Positions 57,843 to 64,000 of a stretch of DNA of 64,000 nucleotides are shown here, one piece after another (the first letter of the stretch is position 1; each line of letters starts with the position of its first letter). A program made the position numbers and the translations under genes. The notes below the pieces were generated by a model. It saw only the letters and a program-made list of their open reading frames with translations, did not search any database and was not told the DNA's origin. This DNA is from Candidatus Microgenomates bacterium (lineage in GTDB: Bacteria; Patescibacteriota; Microgenomatia; UBA8517): positions 20,547 to 84,546 of the forward strand of contig JADHUT010000001.1 in the NCBI GenBank assembly GCA_016784385.1, written 5' to 3'.

Positions 57843-58255
57843 TTTTTATTGATACAAACTTTTTTTTGAGATATTTTTTAGATGATGTTAATTCTCAAAG
57901 CGAAGAAGCAAAAGATCTTTTTTTACGCGCTTCTGATGGAGAATTCAAACTTTTTACTTCTACAATAGTTCTTTTTGAGGTTTATTGGGTGCTTTTAGGG
58001 CAATTTAAGAAAAATAAACAGAAAATAGGAAACGTTATGGATAAATTACTAAGCATGAAATTTATCGATATAGAAAATTCAGATCTTTTAGAGAAAGCAA
58101 TGGTGTATTACAAAACAACAAATTTGGGACTTGTTGATGTTTATAATATTGTGTATTCACGAAGTAAAAATGCTAGAGAATTTAAGACATTTGATAAGGA
58201 TTTAATCAAAAAACTTCTAAAAAATAAAGAAAGCGAGAAGAAGAGAGAGAAGTAA
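57839..58255 (+). CDS. vapC: PIN domain toxin VapC
   Basis: IFIDTNFFLRYF, E, VYNIV..D pattern; last 6 codons EKKREK encoded by the repeat. Confidence 0.75.
   Translation: MIFIDTNFFLRYFLDDVNSQSEEAKDLFLRASDGEFKLFTSTIVLFEVYWVLLGQFKKNKQKIGNVMDKLLSMKFIDIENSDLLEKAMVYYKTTNLGLVDVYNIVYSRSKNAREFKTFDKDLIKKLLKNKESEKKREK
58233..58254 (+). repeat. 22-bp direct repeat copy 2
   Basis: identical to 57508-57529. Confidence 0.8.
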
Positions 58256-58284
58256 AGTATAAATTGTAGTAAAATACACATAAT

Positions 58285-58998
58285 ATGCTAGATCCAACAA
58301 TTATTTTTGAAGATGAAAGTTTTTTTGTAGTGGATAAACCAACAGGCTGGATTAGTAATGACGCATCAACCACAACCACACAACCAGTAATCCAAACTTG
58401 GGTTCGTGAAAATTTTGATTATCCCTTGAAAGGGGACAAAGAATACAGAGATGGCCTAGTTCATAGACTAGACAAAGAAACATCTGGAATTTTGCTTGTG
58501 GCGAAGACTAAGCAGGTATTTGAGGCCCTCCAAGGCCAATTTAAAGAGAGAGTTGTTAAAAAGACATATGTAGCTTTGGTTCACGGCAAAGTAGAGCCCC
58601 AAGAGGGGGTAGTGGACCAGCCAGTAGGTAGACTTCCATGGAGAAAAGATAGGTTTGGAGTTTTACCGGGAGGGCGTGATGCAGTTACAAATTATAAAGT
58701 GGTTTCAAACCACACTGACAAAATTACAAATGAGCAATATTCTCTTTTAGAACTTACCCCCAAAACAGGCAGGACTCATCAGATTCGAATTCATGCAAAA
58801 CACATTGGTCATCCACTAGTTTCTGATACTTTCTACGCAGGCAGAAAGACCGCGCGAAAAGATAGAATGTGGTGTCCAAGGCTTTTCTTGCATGCACAGG
58901 GCATTAGTTTTGTGCATCCAACAAGTGGAGAATCAGTTTTTTTTAAATCCAAACTACCATTCGATCTGAAAACCTCTTTACAGAAGCGTGAAAAGTAG
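58285..58998 (+). CDS. RluA family pseudouridine synthase
   Basis: HRLDKETSGILLVAKT catalytic Asp motif. Confidence 0.85.
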   Translation: MLDPTIIFEDESFFVVDKPTGWISNDASTTTTQPVIQTWVRENFDYPLKGDKEYRDGLVHRLDKETSGILLVAKTKQVFEALQGQFKERVVKKTYVALVHGKVEPQEGVVDQPVGRLPWRKDRFGVLPGGRDAVTNYKVVSNHTDKITNEQYSLLELTPKTGRTHQIRIHAKHIGHPLVSDTFYAGRKTARKDRMWCPRLFLHAQGISFVHPTSGESVFFKSKLPFDLKTSLQKREK

Positions 58999-59021
58999 CT
59001 TACACTGTTAGATATACTTTA

Positions 59022-60698
59022 ATGGAATTTAGTTATATATCTGCACTTTTGGTTATGGCCGGCCTTTTTGGTATTTTGGCCAAAAAAGCCAGGCAACCGC
59101 TTTTAGTAGGATATTTAATTGCAGGAGGTGTTGCTTCATATTTAGGTTTTTTTAGTGGGGGTGAGTTTGAATCTTTAGGTAAAATCGGTGTGGCACTACT
59201 TTTGTTCTTGGTGGGACTTGAAATGGATTTAAAAGAGATTCCTACTATTGGAAAAACTGCATTGATTACTGGTCTGGGGCAAATTGGGTTTACTTCTTTT
59301 TTTGGGTTTCTAATTTCAAGGGGATTGGGGTACCCAGTGATAACGTCACTGTATATTGCAGTTGCACTGACTTTTTCTTCTACCATAATAATAGTTAAGC
59401 TTCTTTCAGAAAAAAGAGATTTAGACAGTTTGTACGGGAAAATTTCTGTTGGGTTTCTTCTTGTTCAAGATTTGGTTGCAGTGTTGATTTTGATGTTCTT
59501 GGCAGGATTTCGCACAGGTAATACAGGGCTCCTTCCATTTCTATTTTTGCTAACAAAAGCAGCATTACTGTTTTTCTTGACTTGGTACTTGTCTAAAAAA
59601 ATACTTCCCGGCATTTTCGAAAAAGTAGTGGGGCATTCACACGAACTACTTTTTGTTGTGAGTATTGCATGGGCTTTAGGAATATCGGCTCTTGTGGGTG
59701 GACCACTTGGATTTAGCTTCGAAATTGGAGGATTTTTGGCAGGGCTTTCTCTTTCGAACATTTCAGAGCACTTAGGAGTTGCAAATAAAACAAGACCCCT
59801 TAGGGACTTTTTTCTTACATTGTTTTTCCTTTCTTTGGGTTCTCAACTGGTAGTTGGAGAAATTGGAACTATAATAATTCCAGCTTTGATTTTCTCAACA
59901 TTTGTTTTCATTGGAAATCCAATTATTGTAATGAGCATGCTGGGTTTTTTGGGTTACAAGAAAAGAACGTCTTTTTTAGCGTCTGTCACAGTGGCTCAAA
60001 TTTCTGAGTTTTCCTTCATTCTAATGGCAATGGGAATTAGTTTGGGACACATTGAAGGATCAGTTGCATCAACAATTATTTTAGTGGGAGCTATCACAAT
60101 GACACTTTCAACCTATCTGATAACTGGTGCTGAAAAAATATATACCAAGATAAAATCTTGGCTGACTGTATTTGAAAAACATGGTTCACCAGATGAAACA
60201 TGTTTGCATAGTGAAGAAGATTTGGACAATCACATCATTTTGATAGGGTGTGACAGAACCGGAAAAAGATTGTTACCTTTTTTCAAAAATAATGGGCACA
60301 ATTTGTTGGTGGTTGACCATGACCCAAATGTTTTTAAAAGATTATCAGCAGACAAAGTGAGAATAATCTTAGGTGATGCCACTGATGTGGAGATATTGGA
60401 ATTGTTAAATATTAAAAAATCAAAAATGTTGATTTGTACAGTATCTTCCATGTCTCAAAATCTTTCAATTCTAGAGCATGTAAAAGCCATAAAAGCGAAT
60501 ACAACTTTCATAGGTAGTGCACAAACCAGAGAAGATGCAACACATCTCTATGAAAAAGGTGCTGATTTTGTAATTGTTCCTGAGGTCTTGGCTGGGGAAT
60601 ATTTACGACACATATTCCTTTCTCATGGAGTAGCACACGAAAGATTCAAAAAAATGGGTAAGTCTCATTTTAACAGACTGATGTATGCCAAAATCTAG
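59022..60698 (+). CDS. CPA2 cation:proton antiporter (Kef-like) with C-terminal RCK/TrkA-N domain
   Basis: about 12 TM N-terminal domain plus Rossmann-like IILIGCDRTGKRL. Confidence 0.8.
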   Translation: MEFSYISALLVMAGLFGILAKKARQPLLVGYLIAGGVASYLGFFSGGEFESLGKIGVALLLFLVGLEMDLKEIPTIGKTALITGLGQIGFTSFFGFLISRGLGYPVITSLYIAVALTFSSTIIIVKLLSEKRDLDSLYGKISVGFLLVQDLVAVLILMFLAGFRTGNTGLLPFLFLLTKAALLFFLTWYLSKKILPGIFEKVVGHSHELLFVVSIAWALGISALVGGPLGFSFEIGGFLAGLSLSNISEHLGVANKTRPLRDFFLTLFFLSLGSQLVVGEIGTIIIPALIFSTFVFIGNPIIVMSMLGFLGYKKRTSFLASVTVAQISEFSFILMAMGISLGHIEGSVASTIILVGAITMTLSTYLITGAEKIYTKIKSWLTVFEKHGSPDETCLHSEEDLDNHIILIGCDRTGKRLLPFFKNNGHNLLVVDHDPNVFKRLSADKVRIILGDATDVEILELLNIKKSKMLICTVSSMSQNLSILEHVKAIKANTTFIGSAQTREDATHLYEKGADFVIVPEVLAGEYLRHIFLSHGVAHERFKKMGKSHFNRLMYAKI

Positions 60699-61548
60699 AA
60701 AAACTGTCAGAATAAAAAGAAAACAACGAGTACAAAAAACAAGGAAGAGTATTGGCCTTTTGTATGTTTTTGGTGTTGTTTTTATAATTTCAACTCTCTT
60801 GTTTTTTGCATTTAAATTAAGCCTTTTGGATAAGTTTTCATATGTAAAAGAAACCAAAGAGGGTGGGGCGGAAATTTTAGTATATGATCCTAAAAATACA
60901 AGTGTTGTCAGTATTTTAATTCCAGGAGAAACTCAATTGGAACTATCATTCAATTTAGGGGATTACCGACTTAAAAATGCCTGGAAGCTTTCTGAGTCAG
61001 AAGATTTGGAGGGTGTTTTAATTGTTCGTAGTTTAGTTAAAAACTTCTCGATTCCAGTTTATTTGTATAAAACTGAGAGCAAAACCAATTTAAATATTTT
61101 TCAGAGAATCAAAGTTTGGATGTTGGATAGTGGAACAGGGGGGGTGTCTGAAAGCCAATTTGACCTTGTGGATACAAGTGTACTTAAAGCCAAAAAACTT
61201 CTGGATGGAAACAGGGGATTTGTTGTGTACGGTGAAATTCCGGCGTACATAACGGTTAATTTTGAACAACAGTCATTTAGTGAATTTGTACCCATGGTTG
61301 ATATTGTTGACAAGACTGGTGATTATAAGATCTCAGATACGGTTTCAGGTGTTTTTTCTACCATGGGAGCTAAAGTTTCATCGTATTCAAAACAGCCTCC
61401 ACAAAAGCTCAATTGTGTAGTTTCTGGAAAAAATCCAGAGCAGGTAAAAATAACATCCAAGATTTTTGATTGCCACATTGGTCAGAAGCCAGAAGGGGAG
61501 AGTGATATTCGCCTAGAGATTGGCACTGATTTTGTAAATAATTTTTGA
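60685..61548 (+). CDS. hypothetical membrane-anchored protein
   Basis: basic N-term plus single TM. Confidence 0.4.
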   Translation: MPKSRKTVRIKRKQRVQKTRKSIGLLYVFGVVFIISTLLFFAFKLSLLDKFSYVKETKEGGAEILVYDPKNTSVVSILIPGETQLELSFNLGDYRLKNAWKLSESEDLEGVLIVRSLVKNFSIPVYLYKTESKTNLNIFQRIKVWMLDSGTGGVSESQFDLVDTSVLKAKKLLDGNRGFVVYGEIPAYITVNFEQQSFSEFVPMVDIVDKTGDYKISDTVSGVFSTMGAKVSSYSKQPPQKLNCVVSGKNPEQVKITSKIFDCHIGQKPEGESDIRLEIGTDFVNNF

Positions 61549-61560
61549 TAATTTTTCAAG

Positions 61561-62253
61561 TTAGAAGCCATCTTCTTCAACCCCGGTTTCGGGTCTATCT
61601 TTGTTGACAAGGCCTGGTGGGGTATATGAGATGTACTCAATTTTTTCAGAATGAAAAGATGGGGTGTTAATAAAATCTTTTCCTCTTTCAATTTCTTTTA
61701 GAAACACTTTTATTGTTGTATTTTCGACAGATTTTACAAATACTTCATATTTATTTCCACCACTAACCAAAGTTTTGATTCTTGCAGCTAAGTCATCAGG
61801 TAGTCTGCCAATGTGCTTACCATTTGAAGTAGTAATACTGACCCTGTGTGAATGAGTATTGAGTAGCATTTTGTCTCCAGCATCCAGAGTTGCCAGGAAT
61901 TTACTGTCTCCAGGATTTAGAAGTATTACTATTTTTGTTTTTCCTGGTTCTTCTAGAAAAGTTGAAGGACCTGCAGCTTTGTCAGATGCAGTCTTCATGT
62001 TGATTTTAGTTTTTTTATATTTTACGAGTGCTTTGTTGGCAATTGCATTTGAGGGATCAATTTTAATTACCTTCTTGCAACACTTTGTGGCAGCAGCTGT
62101 CTTTCCAATTTCTGCGCTTGCGCGGGCAAGTCTATTTAAAGCGTCAACGTCTTCTTTGTTGGTTTTTAAAATTTTTTCGTTAACTTCAATTGCTTTTTCC
62201 CATTCACATTTGAGAGCTAAGTTAATTGCTTTTTGGGCAAGATTTTCATCCAT
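61561..62253 (-). CDS. TPR repeat protein
   Basis: TPR-like N-terminal 100 aa; start set to MDENLAQ. Confidence 0.5.
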   Translation of the reverse strand: MDENLAQKAINLALKCEWEKAIEVNEKILKTNKEDVDALNRLARASAEIGKTAAATKCCKKVIKIDPSNAIANKALVKYKKTKINMKTASDKAAGPSTFLEEPGKTKIVILLNPGDSKFLATLDAGDKMLLNTHSHRVSITTSNGKHIGRLPDDLAARIKTLVSGGNKYEVFVKSVENTTIKVFLKEIERGKDFINTPSFHSEKIEYISYTPPGLVNKDRPETGVEEDGF

Positions 62254-62274
62254 GATTATAAGTAAAGAGTATAA

Positions 62275-63123
62275 GCAAAGCTTGAAAAAGTTCAAGTACG
62301 AACTTTTAATGAAGGTGATTCAGACAGTTCAAATGATGAAATACATGTATATTTCAAAGAACTGGGTTCTGTTGGTCTCACTGAAGGAATGCACAACTGG
62401 AAAGTAACCTCAACAAATGTTGCAGGAGTAACAACAACACAAAACAGTATCTTTAGTATTGACAATCAAAAACCAAACATCAAAAATCTAAACTTAGCTG
62501 GCATTGGTAATATACAAGGAACAAACACAAGCAACACATCAAACAATGTATACCACCTCCACTCCAGTAACAGACTACCAACACTCAAAGGTACTGCCAC
62601 AGACCCCTACTTTGGTTCCACAAAAACAAATCAAAATGGAATCGTGGACATTTTTGAAAAAATTGCCTCTGGTCCAAAGAGTATTACACTGCTAATGGAA
62701 AGACTGGTTAGTGGAAACAACTACACCCACTACTCAACCAAAACAATTAACTTTTCAACTCTGGTGGATACACAAGACGTGGAAAAGTACAAAGACTTCA
62801 CAATTTCCCCCTCCTTCCCTCTCATTAATGGATACTACAAAGTTACACTAACACTAACTGACATGGTTGGAAATTCGTACAAACAACCCACCTTCTTTCT
62901 CGACTTAAATTCAAACTACACCAAAACACTACTTGATACAGTTTTTGAAAAAGAAAAGAAAACAGAAAACAAAGAAAAACAACAACAAAAAGAAAAAGAA
63001 ACAGTGGAGTTTACTTTGGGTGGAGAGGGCAAAACAAACAAGACAAGTGTAATCATCTTTTCCGGTCTTGTCCTTTTGGTTGTTACTGGAGTGTGGTGGA
63101 GGAAGAAATCTAAATCTGTTTGA
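62275..63123 (+). pseudogene. surface-protein gene fragment: open frame from 62275, first ATG at 62389, no signal peptide, C-terminal TM anchor plus basic tail
   Basis: in-frame protein-like sequence continues upstream of ATG to a stop at 62272-62274; C-term VIIFSGLVLLVVTGVWWRKKSKSV. Confidence 0.35.
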
Positions 63124-63184
63124 AAAAGTGTTTTAATAATTTTATACTTAATTTAATAGTTCAGTTGAGATATAATACTCCTAT

Positions 63185-63895
63185 ATGTCAGGGCATAGTC
63201 ATTACGACACCATAAAAAGGCAAAAAGAGGGTAAAGATGCAAAGAGGGGTAACCTTTTTAGTAAATTATCCAAAATGATTACTATTGCCATCAAAACTGG
63301 TGGTAGTTCTAATCCAGAAACTAATTTCAAACTGAGAGTTGCAATTGATCAGGCAAAATCTTTCAACATGCCAAAAGAAAATATTGAAAGAATACTAAAG
63401 TCCGCAGAAGACAAACTTGCAAATGTTGAGGAAATTACATATGAAGGGTATGGTCCTCAAAGTGTGTCAGTTATAGTAGAAACTGCAACAGACAATAAAA
63501 ACAGAACTGCGCAGGAAGTTAAAGGAATGTTTGAAAAAGCGGGGGGGAGTATGGGTGGTCCTGGCTCAGTTTCTTTTAATTTTGAAAGCAAAGGCTATAT
63601 GTTACTTAAAAAAACTGACGATGTAGAAACACAAACTCTGGAATTAATAGATCTTGGGGTAGAAGACCTGGAAGAAGTTGATGATGGTTTGGAGGTATTT
63701 GTTCCTTCCAATTTACTTCGTGATGTACGGGAAAAAATTCAGACGGCTGGCTTTGAAATTTTGAAGATGGAACTTAAAATGGTACCTAAAAACTATATAG
63801 AAATTGAAAACGAAGACAAAAAACAAAAAGTAATCAATTTTTTGGAAACCTTGGAAGAACACGACGATGTTCAAAGGGTATTTTCAAATTTTTGA
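63185..63895 (+). CDS. yebC: YebC/PmpR family DNA-binding regulatory protein
   Basis: MSGHSHYDTIKRQKEGKDAKRG... conserved N-term of YebC/TACO1. Confidence 0.85.
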   Translation: MSGHSHYDTIKRQKEGKDAKRGNLFSKLSKMITIAIKTGGSSNPETNFKLRVAIDQAKSFNMPKENIERILKSAEDKLANVEEITYEGYGPQSVSVIVETATDNKNRTAQEVKGMFEKAGGSMGGPGSVSFNFESKGYMLLKKTDDVETQTLELIDLGVEDLEEVDDGLEVFVPSNLLRDVREKIQTAGFEILKMELKMVPKNYIEIENEDKKQKVINFLETLEEHDDVQRVFSNF

Positions 63896-64000
63896 TACAA
63901 TAACCGTATGTCAAAAAGATTTAGGTTTATACTGACTTCTACAATCCTTTCAGTTGGATTTATAATAATTCAATTTTTACAGGATTCGTACAAATTTCCC

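Noticed and set aside
61859-62407. 182-aa plus-strand ORF
   Set aside because: Antisense to the TPR gene with hydrophobic junk composition.
1-64000. CRISPR arrays, rRNA genes, transposase or integrase genes
   Set aside because: No regularly spaced short direct repeats, no rRNA-like conserved blocks, and no DDE or tyrosine-recombinase motifs seen in any ORF.

Overview
Dense, AT-rich (about 35% GC) bacterial housekeeping window. Gene content and synteny suggest a reduced-genome bacterium, possibly of the Candidate Phyla Radiation (Patescibacteria). Supporting signs are an archaeal/eukaryote-type ProRS, mreB-mrdA without mreCD, many lysine-rich extensions on ribosomal proteins, and several apparently leaderless genes. 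Recognisable operon fragments are def-fmt, mreB-PBP2, rpsB-tsf-frr (no pyrH), dnaX-ybaB-recR, rpsF-ssb-rpsR, rpmE-prfA-like, and a thymidylate/one-carbon cluster (dCMP deaminase, kinase, dut, ThyX-like, tmk, glyA, folD, cyclodeaminase). Six tRNAs were found by eye (Trp, Thr-GGT, Thr-TGT, Tyr, His, Leu-CAA), plus a probable RNase P RNA carrying a GC-rich insert. The accessory or unusual content is as follows. (1) Three PIN-toxin TA modules; two (AbrB-type antitoxin plus PIN) sit immediately 3' of dut and of a dksA/traR-like gene, each flanked by a direct duplication of the host gene 3' end (86 bp and 22 bp), pointing to a recurrent cassette-insertion mechanism. (2) A 530-bp segment next to tRNA-Trp, bracketed by about 60-bp direct repeats, contains an inverted partial copy of the GC-rich RNase P RNA segment and replaces the expected secE-nusG neighbourhood. 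(3) A class-I release factor (RF1-like) that entirely lacks N-terminal domain 1, encoded directly after L31. (4) A 513-aa tandem-duplicated ThyX-like protein. No CRISPR array, rRNA or obvious transposase/integrase gene was seen. All functional calls rest on motif recognition by eye and were not checked against any database.
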